Positions 36,801 through 50,254 of a stretch of DNA of 64,000 bases are shown here, piece after piece. The stretch covers positions 489,751 to 553,750 of the forward strand of contig NW_003314339.1 of NCBI RefSeq assembly GCF_000143415.4, given 5' to 3'. The notes under the pieces are model-generated. The model was given only the letters and a program-made list of their open reading frames with translations. It made no database searches and was not told the DNA's origin. Position 1 is the first letter of the stretch. Every line of letters begins with the position of its first letter. The stretch comes from Selaginella moellendorffii (lineage: Eukaryota; Plantae; Lycopodiophyta). The translations under genes were made by a program, and so were the position numbers.

Positions 36801-37673
36801 ACACTGGTAGTCCAATACCACTTGCATCATCGTCTTGGCTGTCCAAGACTAGGCAAACCATCCGTGAGTGGTCATCTCAGATCCACTCCTTAGCATCCTT
36901 AGGATGCCCACCGACAAGGGGAATAGCCTTCCCCAATATCCCTCTGTCAGTCCCCACTAAGTCCCTTCCTGCCCCTGGCCGTGTTTGCCAACACTGCCAC
37001 TGGATCGAGACCCACAGGCCCGACCACTAAGTCCCACGGTCCTCTAGGGCTTCCTCACCACACGACTGTGTCCTTGGTCACTACCCCAGAGGACTGCTCC
37101 TCTTCCTTTCCACAGTCTGGGCCTTTGGGACAACATTTCGGAACACCGTGGCCTTACGCGAGCCACCTGGGTACTCTCCTCGCCTTCTGCCCTTGGGTGC
37201 TCTAGCCATGGGCTTAGAGCGGGTTCCGTTGAGCCACACCAGGTATCCAAGTAGGTAGTGCCACCCACACTTGGACTGGGAGCATCGGGCAGTTGATCTC
37301 CCGGGGGAACTAGAGCCGGCTCTTGAACACTTCACCAAGCTACCCCGCTTGTCGGTCTGTGTTCACTCTAGTCTTGGACTTCCCAGTTGGCAGCTCATCA
37401 CCTAACACTGGGTCCGGCCTTCCTGGGCCAAACTGGCCTTTCCTGGCCAAACTGGCTCCACTGCAGTCCTCCCCCTACTATACTTTTGGAGCTCACAAAA
37501 CCCCCCAGGGTCTGGGAGACGAACGCTTTGGGCTTTCACCCTCTCAGACTCGAACTCGGACTCGGACTCGGACTCGGACTCGGACTCGGACTCGGACTCG
37601 GACTCGGGCTCGGGCTCGGTCTCGGGCTTGGGCTCAATCTCGGCCTCGGCCTCGGTCTCGTTCTTGGTCCCGA

Positions 37674-37711
<38 letters not shown>

Positions 37712-38339
37712 CCGGTCTCGGTCTCGACTTCGGACTCCATCTCAGACTCCATCTCAGACTCCATCTTGGGTCCATCTTGGACTCCATCTCGGGTCCATCT
37801 CGGACTCCATCTCGGGTCCGTCTCGGACTCCATCTCGGACTCCATTTCAGGTCCATCTCGGGTCCACCTCGGACTCCATCTCGGACTCCATCTCGGACTC
37901 CATTTCGGGTCCATCTCGGGTCCACCTCGGACTCCATCTCGGACTCCATCTCGGGTCCATATCGGACTCCACTTCGGACTCCAACTTGGGTCCATCTCGG
38001 ACTCCACTTCGGACTCCAACTCGGGTCCATCTTGGACTCCACTTCGGACTCCAACTGGAGTCCATCTCGGACTCCACTTCGGACTCCAACTCGAGTCCAT
38101 CTCGGACACTTCCACGTGTCATGTGTTGGTCCTTTTGGGTCCCTTTTTGGAGCGTCGCTTTTTGCTCGCTTCGTGCTCGTTCCTCGAGCACTTCGTTGGG
38201 AGTTCCACTCCCGCTCTTGACTTTTCAAGTCGGAGCTTTTGGTCCAAACGTGTTACGCTCGTTTGGCTCTCACTTCAGCCACTACCACGTGGCACCCTTT
38301 CCGGCTCCACTTTGGGGCCTAGGGATTTTGTGTCTCACA
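30834..38339 (-). mobile_element. Complete non-autonomous LTR-A retrotransposon (7.5 kb)
   Basis: LTRs at 30834-32689 and 36549-38339; TSD ATCCC at 30829-30833 and 38340-38344; PBS TGGTGTCGGAGC; PPT GGGTGGTGGAG; no ORF over ~190 aa inside. Confidence 0.93.
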
Positions 38340-38344
38340 ATCCC

Positions 38345-39568
38345 CTCGCTGCTTTAATCGCCGTAGCTCCGCACGAAGTCTCAAACCAAGATCATCCGGC
38401 AAGTATTCCTTACGGATATGAGACTGCATCTTGGTCCAATTTCTAGTCTGCCCTTTTTCAGCACACACTTGGCACCACCAAGTTTTGGCATGATCGGTGA
38501 GAAAGGATTGCGCATACGCAACTTTCCTATGATCATCTACCTCTGCCGCTATGAAATAGTTTTCCATATCGTAGACCCAATCTTCCAAAACTTGATAGTC
38601 CCACATGCCTCTAAAGTTGGGTGGTTTCAAAGGCTTGAATTTTGAAACTTGTGCAACCGAGGTTGGCTGTAGAACTTCATTGTCCTCAAAACTTGAAGAG
38701 GAGTCTGGTTGCTTAGGCTTAAATGGTTTAGCTGCCTCAACTTCTTTTATCCTCTTCTTGTTCTCCTTCTTCAATTTGCAAATCTCCCTTCGCAGATTCT
38801 CGATCTCGACTTCCTGAGCCGTACGCTGCAATGCCGCAGCATTTGGCTCTTTCTCTTCTGACTCAGCCTCAGACTCTTCTGCAACATCTCTAGCAGGAGT
38901 TTCCTCCTCTCGATTCGCCCGTTTAGAGGTTTCAGTGTCATCAGCATGGTTCCTCTTCACCATCCTACTAGCTGCATGCATGCCTCTATCAGTAACTGAA
39001 CATGCATACAACATTCTTACTGAATGGTGCAATCCAACTAATCCTACACAGGTCGCTTCGGATCTACTAGAAAAGTCTTTGCATATGCAACTTGAGTCAG
39101 AAAATCTGAAAAAAGTTGGATAGGAATCGCTGAGACAATTCCTCTGATACCAAATGTAGCGCACCTGAATTTGGAGCCGAACTCCAAGCCTGTTATGCTA
39201 TGAACGAGGGTCCGGTACAATCCCACAAGCACCAACTCCCCATATCCAACACCTGCATGCAAAATGGTGTCAAACGGAGTCTGGCACAATTTTGGCATAC
39301 CGGTGGTCTAATGCAAGGAGGAGGGTACTCCACTGACTAGAGCAGCGTGGAGCTTGGGCTTAGACCCAAGCCGGACGCAGAACAAGAAGCAACATAGCCT
39401 AGCGGGAGCCAAACTAATGTCTCAAATCGGACATGCATTCTAACCACTATCCCTACTATACATTTGGAACCCCCCACATCCCCCCCCCCCGCCCCTTCCC
39501 TTGAGCGACACACACTTTGGACTTTCACCCCAAGCCTCCCTTAGTACTAGGAGTTAGTCTCTGGGACA
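38345..39568 (-). mobile_element. gag: 5' part of an older gypsy element: putative LTR (~39155-39568), PBS and gag N-terminus
   Basis: PBS complement CTCTGATACCA at 39142-39152 next to TGTAG; KPPNFRG..LEDWVYDMENYF..AKTWW..LRRLKQ capsid motif; outer LTR boundary uncertain. Confidence 0.75.
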
Positions 39569-40865
39569 AGTCTGAAACTTACTAAATATGAAATGGCACT
39601 AGATTATGAATTTGGACATGGGACGAACACCATTGTGTTCAGGCTAATCTCTACATTCCATAGATATATGCTCTATTTCGTTAAAGTGGGATTTATTCAG
39701 TAAAATGGGACTAGGTACAAATTTTCAAGTATTTGAAAATGACGTGAAATTATATGTTTTTTGTCCAGGGGCTAGACATATCTAGGGCATGGTGACTAGC
39801 GCAGTGACTTTATGTCCAGACTGAGTCCATCTGGTTGTATAATAAATCTCATTGTCAAGGTGAACAAGCCGAATCTGAAGCTAAAGAAGAGCGATGGCAT
39901 GTGCGCACACACTATTTGTTTGTTCATTGAGCGTGTGGTGAGCTTTCCAAGATGAACGTCATTCCTATTAGCCAGACATATAACTTAATGGTGAGAACAT
40001 TTAGATATTATTCAATGTTATCTTTTTCTAACAAATCTAATTGTGAAGGTGTAGCAAGAGGCATTGCTAGTCTGGAGAAGTCATTTAACTCATTTGACCC
40101 TTAGTGTATTTTCATGAAACTAAATAACATTCATATTATTAAGGAATTTCTATAGTACCTTTTTTTTACGACATAGAGGCTTGCATTTCTTTCAAAGGTG
40201 ATTTAGTAAAAGGCCTAAGGGCATATGCCATTCTATTTCTCAGACCGGTATTAAGATATACTAGTGCAAAGGGAAAAAGGTATTTGGTGATCAAGTAAAT
40301 AGCATGAGGGCACACGCCATTATAAGCCTAAGCACTAGTGGACACCTCCTTTTTGGTACTCTCAGCGCTACTATCATCCTTCTCCGGGTCAGTTGTTTTG
40401 CTTTGGATTGTTGTCTCTGACGTTACTGGGGCGTTCTCGATAGTTGTTAATGTTGCCGTTTGTTCAGAAAAATGATCACCTGGAGTATAGTACAGGGAGT
40501 TTGGAAGACTTATATATTCTACATTTTCACCTATCTCCTTCTCTGTCTCCTTTTCTGCCTCACTTACAGATTATGTGCTTGCCATGAGAACGCTCTTCAC
40601 CCTAAAATATGGAGTTCGTTGTGTTATAAAAGGAAACCAACACACACGCTGCAAGGGAATGATGGTACATAAAGCACATAAGCCCACAATATGGGTTTAT
40701 GTGCCATTAATATGGGCCACACACCATATTATTAGATTTATGCACGTGTGATTGGTAAATGCATATGTCACATCATCTCAGGCCACATGCCATCACGCCT
40801 CCTCTGATTCAGATTCGGATTGTTCACCTTGAAATAAAATACATTAGAAACTTAGTTAAGGAATA

Positions 40866-43137
40866 TTAATGAATCTCACCTTGAACCCGGGTTATGAATG
40901 CTCTTGCTGCATCTCTTGCATGGTCTGGCAAGGTGATGGTGGCACTCTGCTTCCGCATCCAACCATGCACAACATTATCCACCGATATGCTCATGCTGGG
41001 ATCCCTTGGATTCAGCACCCATCTCTTTTCTAGGCAATCCTTTGTATATCCGGAACTTGGCTTGAACCACTCCACAGTTACATTGAAGGAGTTAGTTTCT
41101 GCGTCCTCCTCTGCATCAGTGATGCAGCACCCCACCCATATCATTTGTTTTTTATTACTGGGTCTGACAAGCACGACCATTCCTTTGCAGACCTGTACTG
41201 GATTGAATGCTGAATCCGGCTTCTTGTTCCTCGGCCCACAATAGTGATCCTCAACATCGTTATCTGTCACTGCATTTCCAGAGGACATTGTTCCGCTACT
41301 ATCTGGTGCTCTGGGTTCTGGCCAAAAGGACTCTTCCAATTCTTCATATACAACCGGCCCATTTTGGATAGCAGATATAATCTTCTCCCAGTATTCGAGC
41401 AAAGGCTTGCACCTCTGAAAATAGGATTCTCCACCAAACACCAACCCCCTCTTCCAGAAGGCAATATGCTGTCTAATCCCGGCCACTATACTTTCCTGGT
41501 CTTTGAGTCCATCCGGGTGCATCAGCCGTGGGGAACCCTGAGGAATCATAGGTTCCCCAGTTATGGGATCTCTCTTGAAGAGTTCAATGCCGTCCACTGG
41601 CAGCCACACTGTGTCCCATTCTCTCATCTTGTACTCATCACTGGAGCACCGTCACACATGCTAAAATGAAACTGAAGAGGCTTGGAGTGGCCAATCAGCG
41701 TTTCGGATCCGTCTCTGATGTAGCCTCTTACAAACCCCTTAAAGTCTGGAACCTCTGTCAGAAGTGCAGCTTCAACAGTGCCTTTGATGCAATTTTGGAA
41801 TTTATCGTAGAGTTGTGGGAGGGTGAGGACATTGGATCGCCGGAGGGACTCTGCCAGGTGACTGAACATGGCATCGACGTCTTCATGAGTGTGCCCAACC
41901 ATGAGAAAGCCAAGTGTAACCGTTTCAAATATGCCTTTGGCAACAAGCATCGCCAAGTACGCGAAGACGTACATGTTTTTGTTCTCACTGCCAGCATTGT
42001 CTGTTTGGAGCAGAAGATGGGGTGGAAGGCCACATCGGCCGCAAGAACTTCCTTGAGATTCTGCTTCGTTTGGATGAGGCTGTGCATTCACCAGGCGACC
42101 AACCTCGTCGGAATGGCATGAGGCCTCACGTGATAACCCTACAATCTGACGGCCAACATATTCACTGGGATGGCATGGGGCCCCACACGATATTGCAAGC
42201 CTTTGCTCCTCCTTCAGTTGAACCCTGTATGGGGTTCGATCGACAAGGGCCTTATGCAAGGTTTGTCCGTTCAGCTCAGTCTGCGCACTTTGCAGAGACG
42301 TTAAGTGTTTTGCTAGGGACGCAATCATCATGTTTGCACCCCCGCCACCCCATAGAGGTACAAAGAAGTTCCCATAGTTCTGGGCACCATGCCCATGAGC
42401 GATTATGCCAAACAGAGACACAGGCAGCTGTATGGATGAAGAGATTGCCTTGGGGGCAGGATTGAGTCGAGGTAAGCACGTCTTTTTCTGGTCCATTTTG
42501 TCGTGGATGATGCAGAGGTAAGAGTCAGGTCTCTCCATGGAGAGAATCCTGTTATGATAATATGCAGTCCTGCAGCTTCTTGTGAGACACAAAATCCCTA
42601 GGCCCCAAAGTGGAGCCGGAAGGGTGCCACATGGTAGTGGCCGAAGCGAGAGCCAAACGAGCGTAACACGTTTGGACCAAAAGCTCCGACTTGAAAAGTC
42701 AAGAGCGGGAGTGGAACTCCCAACGAAGTGCTCGAGGAACGAGCACGAAGCGAGCAAAAGGCGAGGCTCCAAAAAGGGACCCAAAAGGACCAACACATGA
42801 CACGTGGGAGTGTCCGAGATGGACTCGAGTTGGAGTCCGAGGTGGAGTCCGAGATGGACCCGAGTTGGAGTCCGAAGTGGAGTCCGAGATGGACCCGAGT
42901 TGGAGTCCGAAGTGGAGTCCGAGATGGACCCGAGTTGGAGTCCGAAGTGGAGTCCGAGATGGACCCGAGATGGAGTCCGAGATGGAGTCCGAGATGGAGT
43001 CCGAGGTGGACCCGAGATGGACCCGAAATGGAGTCCGAGATGGAGTCCGAGATGGACCCGAGATGGAGTCCGAGATGGACCCGAGATGGACCCGAGATGG
43101 AGTCCGAGATGGAGTCCAAAGTCGAGACCGAGACCTG

Positions 43138-43169
<32 letters not shown>

Positions 43170-46100
43170 TCGGGACCGAGACCGAGACCGAGACCGAGGC
43201 CGAGGCCGAGACTGAGCCCGAGCCCGAGTCCGAGTCCGAATCCGAGTCCGAGTCCGAGTCCGAGTCCGAGTCCGGAGCCTGAGAAGGTGAAAGCCCAAAG
43301 CGTTCGTCTCCCAGACCCTGGGGGGTTTGGTGAGCTCCAAAAGTATAGTAGGGGGAGGACTGCAGTGGAGCCAGTTTGGCCAGGAAAGGCCAGTTTGGCC
43401 CAGGAAGGCCGGACCCAGTGTTGGGAGATGAGCTGCCCACTGGGAGGTCCAAGACTAGAGTGAACACGGACCGACAAGCGGGGTAGCTTGGTGAAGTGTT
43501 CAAGAGCCGGCTCTAGTTCCCCCGGGAGATCGACTGGCCGATGCTCCCAGTCCAAGTGTGGGTGGCACTACCTACTTGGATACCTGGTGTGGCTCAATGG
43601 AACCCGCTCTAAGCCCATGTCTAGAGCACCCAAGGGCAGAAGGCGAGGAGAGTACCCAGGTGGCTCGCGTAAGGTCACGGTGTTCCGAAATGTTGTCCCA
43701 AAGGCCCAGACTGTGGAAAGGAAGAGGAGCAGTCCTCTGGGCTAGTGACCAAGGACACAGTCGTGTGGTGAGGAAGTCCCAGAGGACCGTGGGACTTAGT
43801 GGTCGGGCCTGTGGGTCTCGATCCAGTGGCAGTGTTGGCAAACACGGCCAGGGGCAGAAAGGGACTTAGTGGGGACTGACAGAGGGATATTGGGGAAGGC
43901 TATTCCCCTTGTCGGTGGGCATCCTAAGGATGCTAAGGAGTGGGTCTGAGATGACCACTCACGGATGGTTTGCCTAGTCTTGGAGAGCCAAGACGGTGAT
44001 GCAAGTGGTATTGGACTACCAGTGTGGCAAAGGTGATTGGGCATGGCCTTAGCGTAACGGGCTGCTATGTCGGTGGTACCTTTGAGTGTCGGTCATGGGA
44101 TCGGACACGTGGAGCACTTGGACCAAGTGCAAATGTTGAGTGGCATGGATGCCATTCTCGGGGCTAGCAAGTCCCAAGTCCTGGATTGGACTTATGGAGG
44201 TTGTGAATGAGACTCCTCCAAGTGGTCAGAAGTGTGGTTAAGTGACTAAAGTAGAATGGAAAATTTAGTCGCTTACAACTTGGTATCGGAGCTGTTCCTT
44301 AGTCCGACTTTTATTGGTGCTCAAGTATATCACCACTAGTGTTGGCATCGGAAGGTCCGAGGAGTGGGCCTATCCTTGAGGAGTAGCAAGTCGGGAAGAC
44401 ATGGCTTTCCATTACAGTTCATGTGTGAACTTGTAGACAAAGTGGTGGATAGAAAAGGGCCAGTAAGGGAACGACTTTGGGATCTTGGGAACAGTATATG
44501 GTTTTCCTCAAAGAGTTGAGGATGTGATCCAGATGAGCGTTTGACTTAGCAAACTGGCTAATGTAGTTGTGGTAAACAACTACAGTTGGGATCACGGGAA
44601 AGATAAAGACTCCAAAGCAATAAAGGAGTCACAAGATTTTCCTCATATAGTTGAGGTTGGTGCTCATGAATGTGAGACCAGAAGTAATGACCGTGGGAGG
44701 TCAAATACGGAAGAGGACTCAAGTCCTTGAAAAGGTAGCCGGGGCTACCTCTAATAAATGCTGGAACAACCCAAGGAGTTGGGGGTGTATTAAGTGGATG
44801 AGTTGGTGTTCTCATCACATGGACAAGTAGTCCTAAGGGGTAAAGGTTGCCCCCAGAGAACAAAATCAAGTGTCGGAGTAACACTTGTGAAAATAGTCCT
44901 TTTGAGTAGGACAGGAATGCAAGAAGTGTATTCCAGTGAGCTAGTGCCTCACAAGTAGGACCTTACGGGTCTGTGGGTTAACCAAGTCCAAAACTGCTGG
45001 ATGACTCAAGTAGAGTCAACGGATGGTCCTAAAAGGACTGATGGAAGCATTTGGACTGAGGTGTGTTGTACCCCACAAAGGATGGGGGGGGATCATAGGA
45101 TCCAAGGATGAGAACAGAGGGTATCTCATCAATGGCAAAATGTGCCATGCTAAAGTTATGGGAAAGGTGTTCTCAGAAGAAAACAACTTTGATATAAAGT
45201 TGTGTGTGACCTCTATGGTGCAGTGTTAACGGATGGTTGGCATGAGAAAGAGCGGTGTTGGTCTTGGCAAAGACTTAGACACGAAGGGGAAATGTCATAG
45301 AGGTAGGCTCGTGGAGCCGATGGTGTGGAGACACCAAATGTGCCAAGGTGTGATACCTTGAGGCTATGTTGGTGGGTTCATGAGAACCCCTTGCCAAAGG
45401 AATCCCAATGGAAATGGGAATAGCATAGCCTAAACTGCAGAGCATGCAGTTGGAGTGTGGTGACCCAGATAATGATGGAGGTGTGGAAGCACCAGCAATG
45501 AGTTGTAGGACTTGACAACTATGAGGCAACTAAGCAAGAGGTGCAAAATAACTGGTTAAACGGGTAGAAGGTAGCTACCCAAGACTTCTTAATAGCATAA
45601 GGAAGTTGGATATACCCTTACGGGGGATAAGTTGCTTGTGTTGCGATATAGTAAGTCAATGTCATAAAAGGAAATACTCATTGTCAAGAAAGCCATCATT
45701 GGGACACCCGAACACTCTAGAACACCAGAAGGTGGTGTTTGATGTCGCGAGGGCAATGGATAAAGCCCAAGGGACTAAGTCCCTAGCGAATGATGGATAG
45801 AAGGTGCTATCCAAATGTCCAAGGTTGCGGAGACAGGAGAGGACTGTCTACCCGAGTTGGACAAAGCCAAAAATGGAATTTTGGCAAGGCTAGTGATGGG
45901 TATGTAAAGGCCCATAAGCAACAATGTAATCCCAGTGTGTGGGATTATAAGGTGAGCATACCCGGATTGAGGAACCACTCCCTAGGCTATTGGGTAGGTT
46001 CATCCCTAAGAATACTTGCTAAAGCATGATAGAAAGTGCAAAGCTATCCTCCTGGTCTGGAGGAGAATGACCAAAGGAAAGGTGTGAAGCCCAAAAGCAA

Positions 46101-49100
46101 GAAGTAAGGGGATAGAACCGAACCGTAGGAATCAAAGGGCATAACCAAGGTTGGTTATGCCAGCTGGGAGTGGAGAATCAAGTGGGGGCTCAAGGGTGTT
46201 GCCGCTAACAACCGTGATGCCATGGAGAGTCTAAAATATGGAATTGTCCATGTTAGACTATGTGGCATTTGGAAGGCTTGCAAAAAGGGAGGCCTTAGCA
46301 AGCTGAGGGACAGAGTTCCTTCAAGGTTCCCAAAGACGATTCTAGGCAGCTTAGTACCTAGAAAGGCCAAGTGTAAATGGTTCATAGAACGCGCGAAATC
46401 AGAGTGGCGCAGCAGAAGCGTGGTCTTGAAGCTTGCCATGAGGCAAGGCTGTCAAGGTTAGGGAAGTAGTTCCCGAGTGTTCAAAGAGAGGGCTTTGAAC
46501 GAAAGTTGATGGTTAGGGACTTCCACGCTTATGCATGAACCATGTTACGGTGGCCGGATGACTTGCTAAGTGAGATTGGCAAGTTGGGGGGAACAAATAC
46601 CCTAGTTGAAGGTGCTAACTTCAAAAAGGGTGGCCCATGGGGCCAAGCATGGAGGAGCCCATGCATGATCACAGATATGTCAAGTGAGAGGACTTGGCAG
46701 TGTGGGGGAACTAGGTTCCTAAGCTGTGATCTGTAGCGCGCTTTAAAAATAAGTTGGTGCACCGGCGTGGGGAGTCACGCCAGGCATCTTGTGTGATGCC
46801 GTCCGTAGATGCATATACGGAGGTTGGGTTCGAGTCCCGACCCTCTAGTGCTTGGGTTCGAGTCCCAAATCACTAGGGCGTGGTGATGGTTTGGAATATG
46901 AGGACACTCATATTTCGGTGGTCATGGACTCTCAGTGGGGAGACTGGTTTGGGCACACCACCAAGCGAGGGATGCCTCGGAGTCGTGATGCACGGTTAGA
47001 TTGCTTAGTGTGAAAGCTCAGCATATCTAACTTGAACGCTTTGGTGCAAGTGGCACCAAGGTCGTGGTGAGTGAAATGGGGACACCTAATCTCAGTTGCT
47101 ATGAACCCTTGGCCGTAAGGGCTGGCTTGGGTGCACCGCCAAGTGTGGGGGATGCCCCCGGGGTTATAGTCAACAACTTGGAGGTCTAGAAGACCAAGCA
47201 CCTTTTGGCAACTCTGTTAAGGTGCCAAGGTGAGATCACTAGGTGATCTTATGGCCAGATAAGGACAAGGTCCTTGGTTGGCTAAGGGATGAAGTTCCTG
47301 GTTCAAAATGTTGAAATTGAACTGTTTAAGGTGGTGTGGCTTTTTCGTGATGACCAAGTGGGAAGAGCACCTAAGGGAAATAAACTATGTCCGTGCGATG
47401 GCATAGTGAGTCCGAGGAAAGTAGTCTCTATAAAAGACCCATGGGAGGGTCACGAAGTTGGGCCGTGGATAGAGCCCATAGCAGAAGATGCTAAAGAGAC
47501 GTGCTAGGGGTGAACATCCTCCGGACTTGGCAAAGAAGAGTCTTTGCTATGGAACCGAAAGGATACCTCAAAAATGGAGGTAGCGATCCTATGTTGCTGG
47601 GTGCAACAATCAAGGGTAGGAGCAAAGGACTGGTGGCCAAGTTTGGGCCATGGAATTTAATGGAAGGGATCCAAATGGCAAAGTTAGCCAAGGAACACTA
47701 ATGTGTTTGATACTAACGGTTTGTGGGAAAGGAAGTGGACTTCCAAGGATGGATTCCTAAGTGCTCCAATTTGGCGAAGTAAAAGCTCCAAGTGAGGGAG
47801 CGGCAAAGTAGCCAAAAGATAGGGCCGTGGACAGCCCTAGCACCAAAATATGATAACTGGAACTTAGTGCACAAAGGTGGCATGAAATCGAACAGAGGAT
47901 GATGGTGCCCTCAAGTGGAGAACTTCCTAGGATGAGGAAGTGGAGTTGCACAATATGTGCAATGCAAGGTGTCGGAGACACCTAGGAAATTGACTTCGAG
48001 AAGTCAGAATTAAAAGTTCCAAGGTGTATGGATTATGTCGAGGGAAAATGAGACCACTCAAGAAGGAGTAGCGGGATTGGGCATGGCCTTAGCGTAACAG
48101 GCTGCTATGTCGGTGGTACCTTTGAGTGTCGGTCATGGGATCGGACACGTGGAGCACTTGGACCAAGTGCAAATGTTGAGTGGCATGGATGCCATTCTCG
48201 GGGCTAGCAAGTCCCAAGTCTTGGATTGGACTTATGGAGGTTGTGAATGAGACTCCTCCAAGTGGTCAGAGGTGTGGTTAAGTGACTAAAGTAGAATGGA
48301 AAATTTAGTCGCTTACACTTCTCTGCTCGATGTTGTGGTCGAGCCGCCTTCTAACCAACGTCTCTCGCTCTTGAGCGCTGCAAGAATTCTTCGACAAAGC
48401 CATTTTGATAGCAGTGCACTCGTCACACTTTGAAAAGCTGGAGTACTTTCCTATACTCACATCCCTGAACCTGTTACTCCACAATCTACTAAATCTAGAT
48501 TGGCTCAGCTTCCTGTAGCCATTACTTTGGAGTTCCCGATTCACATCTTCCAATATGGCCCCCTTGGTATACATGGAAGGGAGAACTCGTTGGGTGTCTC
48601 GTGTTCCATCTTCCAAGAGGCGGGTTTTATGTGGTTGCTGCTCGCTACATGTCTCGACAAACTTCTTGAAGATTGCCTCTCCATATACAACATGACCCCT
48701 GGTTTTGTGCGTACCGTCGTTCCCATGGACTGCCTGTTGAACCCTTTGTTCCTCGAACTCAGTTTTGATTCTGTAGAATGTGGTTCGAGGGACTCCATAA
48801 ATGATTTTCCATGCCTTCATGCAGACCAAACCCCTCTAGAAGACCATGCCCCCCACCTGATGTTCTGAAGCATCAACAGATGACCGTAATGCCTCATACA
48901 CAAAATTGCGAGCTGCCTTCCAGGACAATGTCTTGAATCTTGCTCTCTCCTCTTCAATAGCATCCCAATCAGCATGTTGACAGCACCTCCTCTTGCAACA
49001 AGCAACTGTTGAGACCATTCGAACCTCCATCGCCATTTTCTGCCTTTTCGGTTCGTTGCTCAGATCCCTTTGGCTGCGCTTTAAGAAGGTGTACTTTCTT

Positions 49101-49682
49101 TTCCCATGAAGAGATGTTCTGTCATCAGTTGTAGTGGTGTTTGATTGTGAATCCTTCACATTCTCAAACACTAAGTGCCTCAATTTCCACCGCACAATGC
49201 TTCCAATAGTCAGACTGTTTTCTTCTGTGTCAACAACCTCTAAAATCGCAACTCCAATATCATCCCAGCCCAATTCTTGATTAGCAACCGCATCTCTTGG
49301 ATCGACAACTGTGGCTAAGCCCTCAGCTACCACCTCCCCCTCGGGGTTGTTTAGAAACACCTTCGCCTGGATCTATGTAGCACGGTTCTTAAGATCCACG
49401 GAGGGAACATGCGTCGCACTTGCGCTGTCCCCAACATCTGCTTTCTTCTGAAGATTTTCTTCTGAAGATCCCCAACATCTGCTTTACCCCAACAACCATC
49501 TCTCCTCGTTCAATAGCGACCACATTCCCATCGAAGACAGTTTCTACTGATACAGCAGCATTGCCTTCCCCAAGCCTTTGACAGTGTATAACAAAGTTCC
49601 AATCCATAGACACAAGGGTCCCTTTTGCAACTCTCTTCCAACCATTCAAAATGTAAACCTTTTCCCCAACCCTGAAGGCCAT
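40866..49682 (-). pseudogene. Sola-like DDD-type transposase, interrupted by the LTR-A element, by stops and by a frameshift
   Basis: Pieces 49389-49682, 48836-49360, 48323-48829, 41624-42580 and 40866-41627; FSKCDEC, IIHDKMDQKKTCLP, LLQTDNAGSENKN, FLMVGHTHEDVDAMFS; reads HNIEQR|SCRTAYY across the insertion. Confidence 0.85.
42581..48317 (+). mobile_element. LTR-A element nested in the Sola-like transposase; 3' LTR partly deleted
   Basis: 5' LTR at 42581-44277; PBS TGGTATCGGAGC at 44281; 3' LTR remnant ~48075-48317; TSD CTTCT at 42576-42580 and 48318-48322. Confidence 0.95.
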
Positions 49683-49870
49683 TCTGAAAGTGCAGAAAAG
49701 AAGTTAAGACCATACAAAAATTGATTGGAGAATGGTATAAATCATGACATACCAAACAACCTCAATAGCATGAGGCCACATGCCATTATTCAAATATGCT
49801 ATTGACACCCACGTGAAATTTCGCATTCACAAAATTGGCATGAGCCCTCATGCCATTAGTGGTACCACTA

Positions 49871-50062
49871 ATGGCATGAGGCCTCACGCTATTTTTGGCC
49901 CCTACTAGCCTATTGCTATATTCCTTTTGCCTTGCTGCAACTGTATATATTTTTGTGTGCGTGACTAGTCACCTATACAAAAATATATACAGTTGCAGCA
50001 AGGCAAAAGGAATATGGCAATAGGCTAACAGGGGCCAAAGATGGCATGAGGCCTCATGCCAT
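49871..50062. repeat. 192-bp near-perfect palindrome upstream of the Sola-like transposase
   Basis: Centred on GTGACT|AGTCAC (49966/49967); both outer ends are copies of the 22-bp ATGGCATGAGGCCTCATGCCAT motif. Confidence 0.95.
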
Positions 50063-50254
50063 CTTGATATACACACAGCTGCAGGCAAGTAAAAACATAC
50101 ATGACAATACGCTAGCCATGAAATTGCAAGGGCCCAAAATGGCATGTGGCCTCATGCCATTTCTAAATGTGGTCCTAAGCCATTCCATGGTGAACATACC
50201 AGGAAGCACAAGTGCCGAATATCAAGAGGAAGCGGTAGCCACACCACAGACAGT

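Noticed and set aside
39660-39670. Precise TSD and PIF/Harbinger assignment for the 22-bp-TIR element
   Set aside because: Flanks (ATAT/TTAT, or TATA with a one-base shift) are ambiguous, and the transposase motifs are not Harbinger-like.
41624-43555. 643-aa ORF
   Set aside because: Chimera of antisense LTR-A sequence and the transposase across the 42580/42581 junction.
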